From: Candidatus Latescibacterota bacterium | GTDB lineage: Bacteria; Latescibacterota; UBA2968; GCA-2709665 | Direction of reading: 5' to 3' | Assembly (NCBI GenBank): GCA_965116875.1 | Contig: OZ220733.1 | Span: 3,136,001-3,200,000, forward strand | DNA: 64,000 bases | In this document: piece by piece, positions 54,317 through 64,000 of the stretch | Position numbering within the stretch: the first letter of the stretch is position 1 | How the letters are laid out: each line of letters starts with the position of its first letter | Made by a program: the position numbers and the translations under genes | The notes under the pieces: model-generated | The model's input: the letters and a program-made list of their open reading frames with translations, nothing else | Databases searched by the model: none | What the model was told of the DNA's origin: nothing

Positions 54317-55318
54317 TCAACGCCCTTCGAAAAGGTCCCGTCCCCTTACGAGGGCTTCGATCTTCCGGTCGGCAACGCTGCGTTGGAGCATCCAGAAGCC
54401 GCAATCGGGATGGACGCAGGCGATTCGATCCGGCCCGAGGTGGCCCGCCGCGGCTTCGATGTCGGATGCGATTTCGTCAGGTGTCTCCACCACGTTGGTT
54501 TTGATGTCGATCACACCGATCCCTATCCGTACGGACTCGGGAACGTCCTTCAGGTATGCCGCGTGTTCGATTCCCCAGCGTTTGAATTCAAGGACGAGAT
54601 GGTCCGCCCGCAACGCGGCGAGAAACGGGACCAGGTCCTGCCACGCGCCTTTCTGAACGGTCTGGCCTCCGTAGTTCCCGAAGCAGACGTGTACCGCTTT
54701 TTCGACCTGAACCGCGTCGAGTACGGTGTTTAGCGCGCGCGCAGCCCAGACGGCTTCCTCAGGGTGACCTGGAATATTGGCTTCGTCGATCTGGATCACG
54801 TCCGCGTCGACGTCGGCAACCTGTCTGGCGAGGAGTTCTCCCAGCGCCAGGGCCGCGGCCGCCGGGTCCCCATAGTGGCGGTCCATCAGGACTTTGCTGA
54901 GCATGTGCGGCCCGGTGAGGGTGAATTTGAGCCTGGAACGCGTCAGGGGCCGGACCATGCGGCAGTCCCCGGGCAGATTGAGCGCGCCTTCGTCCAGTTC
55001 GCGCTCGATTATGCCCGCGGGGTCCGCGCGATAGGAAAGGCCGGCTTCCGAGCGAAATGCATTCAGGTCCTCACGCCCTAACCCGGTGGTGATACCGCCC
55101 AGTCTTCGTGCGAAATAGTCGATCATGCCGTTGGTTTCGGGATGATTGACGTCGAACCGGTAGAGCTCTCCGTCTGCGACAACGTCAATACCCGCGTCTT
55201 CCTGGGTTTTCAACACGACACGAATGGCATCGATCAACGTCTGTCGTGAGGGTGAGGTTTCAAGCCAGCCCGGCACGGGATAGCTTCCAACGACGGTGGT
55301 GAGAATGCGATGGGACAT
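54317..55318 (-). CDS. Cobalamin-independent methionine synthase II family ('core' MetE catalytic domain only)
   Basis: TTVVGSYP, QEDAGID...DGE, TGPHML, IQIDE, HVCFGN, LEF, GVID, PDCGF. Confidence 0.87.
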   Translation of the reverse strand: MSHRILTTVVGSYPVPGWLETSPSRQTLIDAIRVVLKTQEDAGIDVVADGELYRFDVNHPETNGMIDYFARRLGGITTGLGREDLNAFRSEAGLSYRADPAGIIERELDEGALNLPGDCRMVRPLTRSRLKFTLTGPHMLSKVLMDRHYGDPAAAALALGELLARQVADVDADVIQIDEANIPGHPEEAVWAARALNTVLDAVQVEKAVHVCFGNYGGQTVQKGAWQDLVPFLAALRADHLVLEFKRWGIEHAAYLKDVPESVRIGIGVIDIKTNVVETPDEIASDIEAAAGHLGPDRIACVHPDCGFWMLQRSVADRKIEALVRGRDLFEGR

Positions 55319-55361
55319 GGCAGAAGGTTTCGTTGGGAATACCGGCAACTTGTGTCCGGAT

Positions 55362-56561
55362 TTAATCTTGCCGGTTTTTCGGGGGCCCGAACTCCCGGCG
55401 GATCGCATCCAGCCGGCTGCGGTTTTCCGGAGCGGGACTTCGCAGGGCCTCCATCAGGAATGCGAACAGGATGCTCAGGAGCAGGCTCAGACCGGCGGCG
55501 GTGCCAACCAGGAGTGCGCGCCGTGGACGGCTCCGGAAGTCGGGCGGCACGGCCGGGTCCAGGACTACGACAAGGGACGTTTCCTTTTTCTCTTCAAAGC
55601 TGCTTTTTTCGTATTCCTGAAGTACGAACTGATAGATCAGATTTCGGATTTCCATCTCGCGCATCAGCCGCATGGCCTGCAGTCCCAGGTCGGGGATCTT
55701 GTCCATCGGGAGCATGATACCGGGCATATCTCGAACGCCGCTCCCGCCGCTGTCCGGGTCCGATCCGGCGATGATGCTTTCCAGCGCCTCTCTCGCGCCT
55801 TCGATTTCGATTTCGAGCTGCCTGACCCTGCTGTTGTCGGGGTTCATCTGCAGCGCGGCGATTTCCCGTCGGATTTTCATTTCGCCCAGCGTTGTGGCGA
55901 TAAGGGAGGAGTAGGCGTCGATCTGGGCCTTGGTCTGACTCTCGATGTCAATGGCAGAATGTTCCTTCTGGAAGGCATTGTAGGCCACTTCGGCTTCGAT
56001 CATGCCGCGTTCGGCCTGCGCCAGGCGTTTTTCCAGGTAGCTGCGGAGGTCTCGCGCCTGTTGCTCGCGACGGTGCTTCAACGCAAGATCGAGCTCTTCC
56101 ACAAAGGCATTGGTAATCTCGGCGGCCGTTTCCGGTGATTCCGCTTCGTAGGAAACGGTCAGGAACTGTTCACGGGAGAGTTCCACTTCCAGCCGATCGT
56201 CGACCATCTGCAGGAGTTCCTCGCGGGTTTCGGCGTCGTACGTTTCCTGAAGATCGAAGCGGCGGATGATGCCTTCGGCCACGCGCTGGCTCTTGAGGAT
56301 GGGCACGAACTCGGTAGCCGAAACGACGCTTTCCCCGATGCCCAGCATGCCCACCGGGAGTTTTTCGAGAATGGCGGAGATTCCCAGCGTTCCCTGGCTT
56401 TCGCTGGGCGGAAAGAGGACGGCGCTTGCACGGTAGACCGGGGCGATGATCAGGCTGATGCCCGCCGTAACGACGGTTACCGTGAGACAGGTGACGAGTA
56501 TCATCCGCCGCCAGCGCACAAGGACAGCGAGATGGTCGAGGAAGTTCTTTTCAGTTTCCAT
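55362..56561 (-). CDS. Wzz/GumC-type polysaccharide co-polymerase
   Basis: Two terminal TM segments, a coiled-coil middle and VVVLDPAVPPDFRSRPRR; no kinase domain. Confidence 0.85.
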   Translation of the reverse strand: METEKNFLDHLAVLVRWRRMILVTCLTVTVVTAGISLIIAPVYRASAVLFPPSESQGTLGISAILEKLPVGMLGIGESVVSATEFVPILKSQRVAEGIIRRFDLQETYDAETREELLQMVDDRLEVELSREQFLTVSYEAESPETAAEITNAFVEELDLALKHRREQQARDLRSYLEKRLAQAERGMIEAEVAYNAFQKEHSAIDIESQTKAQIDAYSSLIATTLGEMKIRREIAALQMNPDNSRVRQLEIEIEGAREALESIIAGSDPDSGGSGVRDMPGIMLPMDKIPDLGLQAMRLMREMEIRNLIYQFVLQEYEKSSFEEKKETSLVVVLDPAVPPDFRSRPRRALLVGTAAGLSLLLSILFAFLMEALRSPAPENRSRLDAIRREFGPPKNRQD

Positions 56562-56755
56562 TAACCTTGATTCGTAAGTTTTCGTTGACGTTAAGTCGAA
56601 TATGTGCAAGTTAATAAAGGCGATTAGAAGGCGGATTACCAGGATACATCAGGTCGCTGGACGTGAACTGAAAAAATGTCCGTCCGGACGATGTTACCAC
56701 CCCGTTTCGGTGGGTTTTATCACGACGCCCGGTTGCAGTTTTTTTTGAATTGGGG

Positions 56756-58435
56756 TTAACGACTGATGCTCCGTACCGCAATGACCAGGGCGGCCACCTG
56801 TGAGAGCACGACCAGCGTCTCGCGGAAGAGCCGCCAGCCGTGAACGGGCTTCTTGCCCATGACGAAGATCGTGTCTCCGGGATTGACCTGCTGAACCCGT
56901 GAGGCTTTCGTCCAGTTGCCGGTGCTGCCCTGTATCACGTAGATTTCGCCCCTCTCGGCCTGTTCGTTCAACCCGCCCGCCCTGCTGATGTAGTCCTGTA
57001 CGCCGAGATTCGGTTCGTAGGGAACCGCGCCGGGCGTGATGACGTATCCGTTCACCGCAACCGAAGGCACGAGCCTGGGAATCCTGACGATATCCCCGTC
57101 CCTGAGCAGGATGTTCTGTGAGTCGTCCTTTTTCTCGAAAAGGGCGACAAAGTCGACCGGCAGGCGCCCCGCCATCTGCTGTTTCTGCATGGCCATATAG
57201 GTCCGCTGGGCGTCGGTCAGGCTGATGGGGCCGACGCTCTGCAACTGCTTTGGACCCGCCACCCCTTTCGAAAACTCGACGCGGCGGACCACGATGGACT
57301 GGGCGAGAGAGGCTCTGGACGTGAATCCGCCTGCTTTCCCGATCAGATCTTGCAGCGTCATCCCCGAACCGATGAAATAGGTACCGGGAAAGAACACTTC
57401 GCCTTCCACGTTGACCCGTCGCTCCTTCACGGCCACGTGGAGTTTGTCTCCCGCGCGAAGCGGCAGGTCCGCCTTCACGTCGCCGGCCAGCGCCCGCGAA
57501 ATCCGGATGGCGTGCCGTTCTTCACTTCCTTCCGCGAAGAACGAACGGAGCAGATCAGCGCTGGCGGTAGCGGCATCTCCGTGCAATCCCCCGGCCAGAG
57601 CAATCAGGTTGGAAACACGATCGCCGGAGACGAACTCGTAGCTCCCGGGCTTGTAGACCGCGCCAGAGATACGCACGGAGTCCGTGAGCGCCGGCACGAA
57701 GATCTGGTCGCCATCCAGCAGGAAGGGGTTGTGGACGATATCGCCCGAAAGCCGCCACAGGGCGAGGTCCGCCACGCGTCCGCCATCCGTTGGCGCGCCG
57801 CTTGCGGATAACCGCTGGATCTGAATATTCCGGTTGGAAGCTCTGCCATCCGGAGGTTTCAGTAATCCGCCCGCCTGGCTGATCAGTTCGGAAACCTGCT
57901 CCGTTCCCTCCACCATGTAGGTACCGGGATGGACCACCTGCCCCACGACGTTGACGGGAAAACTCCGCAGCCGGGCGAGAGAGATCTGGACGTCGAGATT
58001 GCGCAGGTTGTCGGTGACGGCGTCCTGAATCCGCTTGCGGCTTTCTCCAAGGTTGAGTCCCGCCAGTTGGATGGCGCCGACGTACGGGATGACCAGTTTG
58101 CCTTCCGCATTGACGAGAACGGGGAGCGTCACGGGTTCTTCGCCGGCTTCGATGTGGATGCTGAACGTGTCGCCGGGACCGACAATGTAGCGCTCTGATC
58201 GGATAATGGCGTCGTATGCGACTTTACCGATCCACTTCACGTCCAGGCCCTGCATTTCGTCCGTCTGAAGCGTTGCGCCGATCGATTTGCGATCGGACCT
58301 CCTCCGGCCGAGTTCCCGCCCCGGTCCGGATTGCGCGAACAGCATGACGGGTTCCGAGACGAGCCCGAAGGAAAGCACGATTGCGATCAGACGCAAGACA
58401 GGATTCGGTTTGCTGTAGGAGAAAAACCCGGTCAT
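56756..58435 (-). CDS. Polysaccharide export protein with SLBB repeats (Wza/KpsD-like)
   Basis: YIVGPGD...EGKLVIPYVG; repeated V.G.V..PG.Y...LI..AGG...L.DGD. Confidence 0.87.
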   Translation of the reverse strand: MTGFFSYSKPNPVLRLIAIVLSFGLVSEPVMLFAQSGPGRELGRRRSDRKSIGATLQTDEMQGLDVKWIGKVAYDAIIRSERYIVGPGDTFSIHIEAGEEPVTLPVLVNAEGKLVIPYVGAIQLAGLNLGESRKRIQDAVTDNLRNLDVQISLARLRSFPVNVVGQVVHPGTYMVEGTEQVSELISQAGGLLKPPDGRASNRNIQIQRLSASGAPTDGGRVADLALWRLSGDIVHNPFLLDGDQIFVPALTDSVRISGAVYKPGSYEFVSGDRVSNLIALAGGLHGDAATASADLLRSFFAEGSEERHAIRISRALAGDVKADLPLRAGDKLHVAVKERRVNVEGEVFFPGTYFIGSGMTLQDLIGKAGGFTSRASLAQSIVVRRVEFSKGVAGPKQLQSVGPISLTDAQRTYMAMQKQQMAGRLPVDFVALFEKKDDSQNILLRDGDIVRIPRLVPSVAVNGYVITPGAVPYEPNLGVQDYISRAGGLNEQAERGEIYVIQGSTGNWTKASRVQQVNPGDTIFVMGKKPVHGWRLFRETLVVLSQVAALVIAVRSISR

Positions 58436-59334
58436 TCCGTGGTTACCCCGTCATGATCGACACGCAGGACGGCAGTGTCGACGTGCATGTTCCGTCGCGC
58501 CCACGCGTTCTTCATGGCATCCGCTATATTCGCGGCGTCATCGGTCGCAAAGGCCAGCAACGTCGGCCCGGCCCCGCTGAGGCAGGCGCCCATGGCTCCG
58601 GCGCCGTCCGCGGCTTCCAGGACCTCTTCGATTCCGGGCACGAGCGATGCCCTGTAGGGCTGATGGAGACGGTCGCGCATCGCGGATTTCAAAGCACAGA
58701 ATTCACCGCTCATCAGCGCCGCCGTTACCAGGCACGCGCGTCCCACGTTGAACACGGCGTCCCTGTGCGGCACCTGTTCCGGAAGGGCAGCCCGCGCGGC
58801 TTCGGTTTCGAGTTCGAAGCGGGGAACCGCGACCACGGCGCGGAGTTTCCGAGGCGGCAGGGCGCGAATCGTCTCGACGAGACCGTTTTCGCAGGAGCAG
58901 ACGACGAGGCCGCCCATGAGGCACGGCGCGACGTTATCGGGATGGCCTTCCAGTTCCGCGGCGAGGTTGAGCAGGGCGGGCCTGGATAAGGGTTCGTCCA
59001 TGAGCAGGTTGGCCGCATAGACGCCGGTTACAATTGCGGTGGAACTGCTGCCCAACCCGCGGGAGAGCGGAACACCGTTGTGCATCTCCACTTCCAGCCC
59101 GGGCAGGGACCGCCCGGCGCGCTGAGCGGCCGCGTCGGCGGACCTGAAAAAGAGGTTGGATTCGTCCAGCGGGAGTCTCCCGGCGCCTTTCCCGGTAATG
59201 AACATCCTCCTGCGGCGGTCATCGGACCGGGTTCGAATGACAACCCGGTTGTAGAGGGTCAGGGCAAGGCCGAGCGCGTCGAATCCGGGACCCAGGTTGG
59301 AGGTGGAGCCGGGCGCTCTCAGGCGGATTTCCAT
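58432..59334 (-). CDS. thrB: Homoserine kinase
   Basis: PGSTSNLGPGFDALG, PLSRGLGSS, EGHPDNV, DRLHQPYR, LSGAGPT. Confidence 0.95.
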   Translation of the reverse strand: MEIRLRAPGSTSNLGPGFDALGLALTLYNRVVIRTRSDDRRRRMFITGKGAGRLPLDESNLFFRSADAAAQRAGRSLPGLEVEMHNGVPLSRGLGSSSTAIVTGVYAANLLMDEPLSRPALLNLAAELEGHPDNVAPCLMGGLVVCSCENGLVETIRALPPRKLRAVVAVPRFELETEAARAALPEQVPHRDAVFNVGRACLVTAALMSGEFCALKSAMRDRLHQPYRASLVPGIEEVLEAADGAGAMGACLSGAGPTLLAFATDDAANIADAMKNAWARRNMHVDTAVLRVDHDGVTTE

Positions 59335-60437
59335 TCCGTCTCCCTGAGAAGTTCCGTACAGACCAGATCCGCCAGCAGGAGTCCGCGGCGGGTGAGCCGG
59401 ACACGCCCGTCACCGCGTTCAAGGAGGTGATCGGGAATGAACGAGGTCCATCCGCGGCCTGCCCCCAACAGCCTTTCGGGAATGCCATCGGAGCGGCGGA
59501 GGCCGAGCATCACCTGTTCCACGCGCCTCTCACGCGAGGAGATCACCTCTTCCCCTTCAGTGGCGACGCCCGAGGATTCCACACTCCCTATATACGCCAT
59601 GAGCGGGCGGATGTTCCAGGTCCGGCGGTCATTGAAGAAGGAGTGGGCGGAAAGCCCGACGCCAAGGTACGCGCGCCTTTCCCAGCAGGCGATATTGTGG
59701 CGGCAGGCAAAACCGGGTTGTGCGAAGTTCGAGACTTCGTACTGGACGTAACCGGCCTCGCTCAGCTTCTCCTGTGCGACCTCGTACATTTCCGCCTGAG
59801 TGTCTTCGGGAGGCAGCGGCAGGCGGCCTCTCTTCAATCGGCGGCCGAATGCGGTGTCCGGTTCGATGGTCAGCCCGTAAACGGAGACGTGTTGCGGAAA
59901 GAGGTCTATGGCCCGGTCCAGCGTTTTTCGCCACGTGGATACCGTCTGTCCGGGCGCGGAGAACATCAGGTCGATATTGAGATTGCTGAAGCCGGCCCGG
60001 CGCGCCGCGTCCACGGCTGCCCCGGCCTCCGCGGGCGTGTGCCGCCTGCCCAGGGCACGGAGCGTGGCGCCGTCCAGGGCCTGCACGCCCATGCTCAGGC
60101 GGTTGATACCCATGGCCGCCATCCTTGCAAAATGCGAATGGTCCTCGGGATTGGCTTCAGCGGAAATTTCCGCCTCCGGCGCGATTCCTGATATCGCCCG
60201 GGCGGCGTCAAGAATTCGGCTCAGCAAGTCCGGCGGAATCTCGGATGGCGTACCGCCGCCGAAATAGACCGTGTCGAACGCAGTGCGGCCGCCCATCTCC
60301 GGGAGCCGGGTCCGGAATTCGCGGATGACCGCCGCCGTGTACCGTTCCGCCAGGTGCGTCTTGCCCACGTCGAATGCGAAGTCGCAATAGGGACACCTGG
60401 ATTTGCAGAACGGGATGTGGACGTATAGGCTGGGCAT
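59319..60437 (-). CDS. hemW: Radical SAM heme chaperone HemW
   Basis: LYVHIPFCKSRCPYCDF, YFGGGTPS, EANP, YEVSNF, HN; likely start MPSLY at 60437. Confidence 0.9.
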   Translation of the reverse strand: MPSLYVHIPFCKSRCPYCDFAFDVGKTHLAERYTAAVIREFRTRLPEMGGRTAFDTVYFGGGTPSEIPPDLLSRILDAARAISGIAPEAEISAEANPEDHSHFARMAAMGINRLSMGVQALDGATLRALGRRHTPAEAGAAVDAARRAGFSNLNIDLMFSAPGQTVSTWRKTLDRAIDLFPQHVSVYGLTIEPDTAFGRRLKRGRLPLPPEDTQAEMYEVAQEKLSEAGYVQYEVSNFAQPGFACRHNIACWERRAYLGVGLSAHSFFNDRRTWNIRPLMAYIGSVESSGVATEGEEVISSRERRVEQVMLGLRRSDGIPERLLGAGRGWTSFIPDHLLERGDGRVRLTRRGLLLADLVCTELLRETEWKSA

Positions 60438-60499
60438 AAGGGAACGTGTTCTGTCACGGAATTGGATTGGTTGAATTACGTCGTTGAGTCGTTGGGCCT

Positions 60500-60700
60500 G
60501 CATCTCTTCGACAGGCTTAGGATCCAGCGACTGCAACCTGAGCCGCTCCCTGAGCTGCCAGCCTGAGCCTGTCGAAGGGCTGTCGAAGGGTCGGCAAAGG
60601 GCGTAATGGAATGCCAAGCAGATTACGAAACTCGGGCATTTCGACAAGCTCAATGACCACGATTCGATAGGACGCTTCGGATTGCTCAGCACAAGGCGTG
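60500..60700. repeat. REP-like cluster (TGAGC(C/T)TGTCGAA family)
   Basis: TGAGCCTGTCGAAGGG and CTGTCGAAGGG, with inverted TTCGACAGGCTTA and TTCGACAAGCTCA. Confidence 0.65.
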
Positions 60701-60792
60701 CAAACGACGCAGCGAGACTGGTTGAATCCGTGAATGAATAGTGCCCAGTTTCCGGAACGGAACGCCAGAACAAGCGAAACCGCGAAATGTCA

Positions 60793-61554
60793 TCATCTGA
60801 CAATCCGTCCGATACGGCTCCAACGAGCGCGGCCGAATCCATGGATCAGGTTATAGAATGCTATTTTGGGAATCGAAAGGATATTTTCGAAGGCCGGCGC
60901 CCCGGGGTCCGGCGTCCACGACCAGTAGATGACGTTCGCCTGCGCCCGGATGCGCCCTTTGTCCAGAAAGCTCCAGTAGCGGCTGTCCTCACTGTTATCG
61001 CGGTTGTCTCCCATGACGAAGTAGTGGCCCTCGGGAACTCTCGAGAGGCGCATGTTGTCGCGAACCCCCGCGGGAGACGAAGCGGGCAGGATGACCGGAT
61101 CCGTGTATTTGGAGAGCGGGGGATCCACGGCGCGCTTTCCATCGACATAGAGGATCTTGTCGCGAATTTCAACCTCCTGTCCGGGCCCCGCCACCACGCG
61201 TTTGATAAAGTCCCTGTCCGGATTTACCGGATACTGGAAAATGACGATATCCCCCGGTTCGGGATTCCTGAAGCCGGGAAGCCGCGCGTCCGTAAAGGGA
61301 ATCCTCGCACCGTAGACGATCTTGTTCGCCAGCAGAAAATCGCCCGCCAGCAGCGTATTCTCCATTGAGCCCGTGGGAATGCTGAACGCCTGGACAACGA
61401 AGGTTCGCAGAAAAAGCGCCAGGGCGACGGCTACCAGTATGGCTTCGAGGTATTCTCTGGCCACTGACTTTCTTCCTCTGCGGGATCGTCCCTTCCGTGC
61501 CTTCCGGGTGGGGGCCTTTTTACCGGCCCTCGTGCGTCGTGCGGGTTTGACCAT
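60793..61554 (-). CDS. lepB: Signal peptidase I
   Basis: IPTGSMENTL, FIKRV, MGDNRDNSEDSRYW; follows lepA. Confidence 0.95.
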   Translation of the reverse strand: MVKPARRTRAGKKAPTRKARKGRSRRGRKSVAREYLEAILVAVALALFLRTFVVQAFSIPTGSMENTLLAGDFLLANKIVYGARIPFTDARLPGFRNPEPGDIVIFQYPVNPDRDFIKRVVAGPGQEVEIRDKILYVDGKRAVDPPLSKYTDPVILPASSPAGVRDNMRLSRVPEGHYFVMGDNRDNSEDSRYWSFLDKGRIRAQANVIYWSWTPDPGAPAFENILSIPKIAFYNLIHGFGRARWSRIGRIVR

Positions 61555-61590
61555 AGTCTTGTTAAACGCCTCGGGCGCCGCGGGTATACT

Positions 61591-63390
61591 CTACACTTCC
61601 ATACTCAGGACGGCGAGGAACGCCTCCTGTGGAATCTCGATGTTCCCCACCTGCTTCATCCTTCGTTTTCCTTCCCTCTGTCTTTCCAGAAGCTTCCGCT
61701 TTCTGGTCACGTCTCCACCGTAACACTTCGCGGTTACGTTCTTGCGGAAGGGACGTACGGACGCTCTTGAGATGATTTTCCTGCCGATGGCGGCCTGGAT
61801 GACAACCTCGAACATCTGTCGCGGAATGAGTTCCTTGAGTCTGGAACAGATCGCACGACCCCATTCGTAGGCTTTGTCGCGATGGACGACGGCGGACAGC
61901 GCGTCTACCGGGTCTTCGTTGATGAGCAGGTCCAGTTTGACCAGGTCGGCGGCCCGGTGTTCCTTGTATTCGTAGTCGAACGAGGCGTAGCCCCGGCTGA
62001 CGGACTTCAGGCGGTCGTAAAAGTCCAGTACGATTTCGGAAAGGGGGAGTTCGTAACGCAGCAGCGCGCGCGTGGGATCCACGAACTCCGTGGTAATATA
62101 GATTCCCCTGCGGTCCTGGGCAACCTGCATGGCCGCGCCGATGTATTCAGCCGGAACCAGAATCTGCGCGTTGAGCACCGGTTCTGCGATTTCTTCGATC
62201 TGAACGGCGGGCGGCATCTCGGCGGGATTGTGTACGATTTCGACGTCCCCGTCGGTGAGCAGGACTTCGTACTCCACGTTGGGAACCGTGGTGATGATGT
62301 CCATGTCGAATTCCCGGGCGAGGCGCTCCTGTACGATCTCCATGTGAAGCAGGCCCAGGAAGCCGCAGCGGAAGCCGAACCCCAGGGCCGTGGACGTTTC
62401 CGGCTCGAAACGGAGCGACGCGTCGTTCAGTCGCAATTTCTCAAGGGCGGTTCGGAGGTCCGTGTAGTCCTCCGCGTTGACCGGATAGACGCCGGAAAAG
62501 ACCATGGGCTTCACTTCCTGGTACCCGGGCAGCGGTTCCCCGGCCGGCCGGTCGCACCCGGTAACGGTGTCACCCATATGGAGTTCGTCCAGGTCCTTCA
62601 CGCCGGCGATGAGATAGCCGACTTCTCCGGCCTGCAGCGTGCCCGTTTTGACGCGCTTGAGTTGCAGTACACCGATTTCCTCGGCCTCGAATTGACGCCC
62701 GGTGGAAAAGAACCGGATGGGCATGCCGGTCTGCAGGCTCCCCTGGAAAACGCGGACCGAGGCGACCGCCCCGCGGTACTGGTCGAAGATCGAGTCGAAA
62801 ATCAGGGCCTGGAGCGCCGCATCGGGGTCGCCCTTCGGCGGTGGAATCCGTTCGATGATCGCCTGCAGCACTCCCTCCACGCCCGCGCCATCTTTGGCGC
62901 TGATCTTGTGGATTTCGGACTCTTCGACACCGAGCAGGTCGTGGATCTGCATGACCACCCGGTCCACGTCCACATTGGGCAGATCGATCTTGTTGATCAC
63001 GGGGATGATCTCGAGGTCCTGCTCGAGAGCGAGCAGCACGTTGCTGATCGTCTGCGCCTCCACGCCCTGCGCCGCGTCTACCAGGAGGAGCGCGCCTTCG
63101 CAGGCGGCCAGGCTTCTGGAAACCTCGTAAGAAAAGTCGACGTGCCCCGGCGTGTCGATGAGGTTGAGGATGAATCGACGGCCGTCGGCACGCAGGAACT
63201 CCATCCGGACGGCGTGCGACTTGATGGTGATGCCGCGTTCCCTTTCCAGGTCCATATCGTCCAGAACCTGGTCCACCATCTCATTCTGAGAGAGGGTCGA
63301 GGTCGTTTCCAGGAGGCGGTCCGCCAGGGTGGATTTGCCGTGATCGATATGTGCGATGATGCAGAAGTTTCTGATATTCCGGTTATTCAT
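61591..63390 (-). CDS. lepA: Elongation factor 4
   Basis: [45 protein letters not shown]. Confidence 0.98.
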   Translation of the reverse strand: MNNRNIRNFCIIAHIDHGKSTLADRLLETTSTLSQNEMVDQVLDDMDLERERGITIKSHAVRMEFLRADGRRFILNLIDTPGHVDFSYEVSRSLAACEGALLLVDAAQGVEAQTISNVLLALEQDLEIIPVINKIDLPNVDVDRVVMQIHDLLGVEESEIHKISAKDGAGVEGVLQAIIERIPPPKGDPDAALQALIFDSIFDQYRGAVASVRVFQGSLQTGMPIRFFSTGRQFEAEEIGVLQLKRVKTGTLQAGEVGYLIAGVKDLDELHMGDTVTGCDRPAGEPLPGYQEVKPMVFSGVYPVNAEDYTDLRTALEKLRLNDASLRFEPETSTALGFGFRCGFLGLLHMEIVQERLAREFDMDIITTVPNVEYEVLLTDGDVEIVHNPAEMPPAVQIEEIAEPVLNAQILVPAEYIGAAMQVAQDRRGIYITTEFVDPTRALLRYELPLSEIVLDFYDRLKSVSRGYASFDYEYKEHRAADLVKLDLLINEDPVDALSAVVHRDKAYEWGRAICSRLKELIPRQMFEVVIQAAIGRKIISRASVRPFRKNVTAKCYGGDVTRKRKLLERQREGKRRMKQVGNIEIPQEAFLAVLSMEV

Positions 63391-63521
63391 CCTCAGGACA
63401 CGCTCTCGCTTCTGTTCTATCCCGGAAAAAGGCGGCCGAACGCCGGCGGGTTTCAGGACAGGACAATATTTACAACTTCAAAAAATTCAACCGTCTACAC
63501 ACACCTCATATAGAAAGTCTG

Positions 63522-63550
63522 AATATACTCTGTTCGGGGATTGAAGTCAA
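63522..63550 (-). promoter_or_regulatory. Sigma70-like promoter for the lepA operon
   Basis: Minus strand TTGACT-17 nt-TATATT. Confidence 0.6.
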
Positions 63551-63678
63551 CCGCGGAAGCGGATTACACCGGGGTCCCGGCAGCTATGCAGACAGCAATT
63601 CGACGGCGGGGCCGGAAGATCGGATCGGGGCCGGGAAAATTGAAGAACGTGATCGGGACCGGTTTTGGCGCAAAAGGG

Positions 63679-63708
63679 TTGACACCCCTCGAAACCGGTA
63701 GGTATATT
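63679..63708 (+). promoter_or_regulatory. Sigma70-like promoter
   Basis: TTGACA-18 nt-TATATT upstream of ATG 63748. Confidence 0.55.
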
Positions 63709-63747
63709 GAAAAAAATGTCAACGGCGATCAGAAGAAAGAGGCATCT

Positions 63748-64000
63748 ATGCAAAGGCTTCGGATTGCGGTGATCGGTGTGGGCGTGGATCCGGGTTCACG
63801 GGCGCGTCAGTACCTCAGTACGATCGCCCGGCTGGAGGATCATTATGAATTGGTGGCGGTCTGCGACCGGGATGAACGCGCGCTGGCCGAAGCCTCAGCA
63901 GGCGCTTCTACGGCCTGTTTCCGGGATATCGGGTCTCTCTTCGCCTCGGCCGGACCCGAGGTTGTGCTGAGCATGACGCCCAAGGACTCCCACGGCGTGA
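63748..64000 (+). CDS. Gfo/Idh/MocA-family oxidoreductase, runs off the window (absent from the ORF track)
   Basis: Manual translation MQRLRIAVIGVG...YELVAVCDRD; GAGG RBS. Confidence 0.75.
   Translation, partial: MQRLRIAVIGVGVDPGSRARQYLSTIARLEDHYELVAVCDRDERALAEASAGASTACFRDIGSLFASAGPEVVLSMTPKDSHGV

Overview
GC-rich bacterial window with no rRNA, tRNA, CRISPR array, transposase or reverse transcriptase visible. Layout: (1) 1-5.0 kb: catabolic genes (ceramidase-like hydrolase, two Gfo/Idh/MocA oxidoreductases, a HAD phosphatase) and a FadR/GntR regulator. (2) 5.2-14.0 kb: a nine-gene cobalamin methyl-transfer operon (MtaA/CmuA-type methyltransferase, corrinoid protein, RACo-type activator, MetF-MetV fusion, pterin-binding methyltransferase, homocysteine methyltransferase, three small accessory proteins). 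(3) 14.4-28 kb, 36.5-46.8 kb and 49.5-54.3 kb: seven large secreted multidomain proteins that all carry the same paired EF-hand/dockerin-like module. Two of them also carry a cohesin-like domain fused to it. Their cargoes are an FN3/Ig adhesin, three metzincin-WD40 paralogues, an LRR plus pseudo-leishmanolysin protein, a secreted PPDK-like ATP-grasp protein and an NHL/FG-GAP propeller protein. Composite REP-like palindromes separate these genes. (4) 28-35.7 kb: a sugar kinase/acetyltransferase/phosphatase operon, a divergent nagA-like gene and recD2. (5) 46.8-64 kb: mostly housekeeping (tsaC, core MetE-like, wzz/wza-like, thrB, hemW, lepB, lepA). The best candidate for an undescribed system is a non-cellulolytic cohesin-dockerin-like surface assembly or sorting system. 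The second is the corrinoid demethylase-like operon of unknown substrate. A Latescibacterota/FCB-like, possibly host-associated origin is only an impression from domain content. All family calls are by motif recognition; no database search was run.
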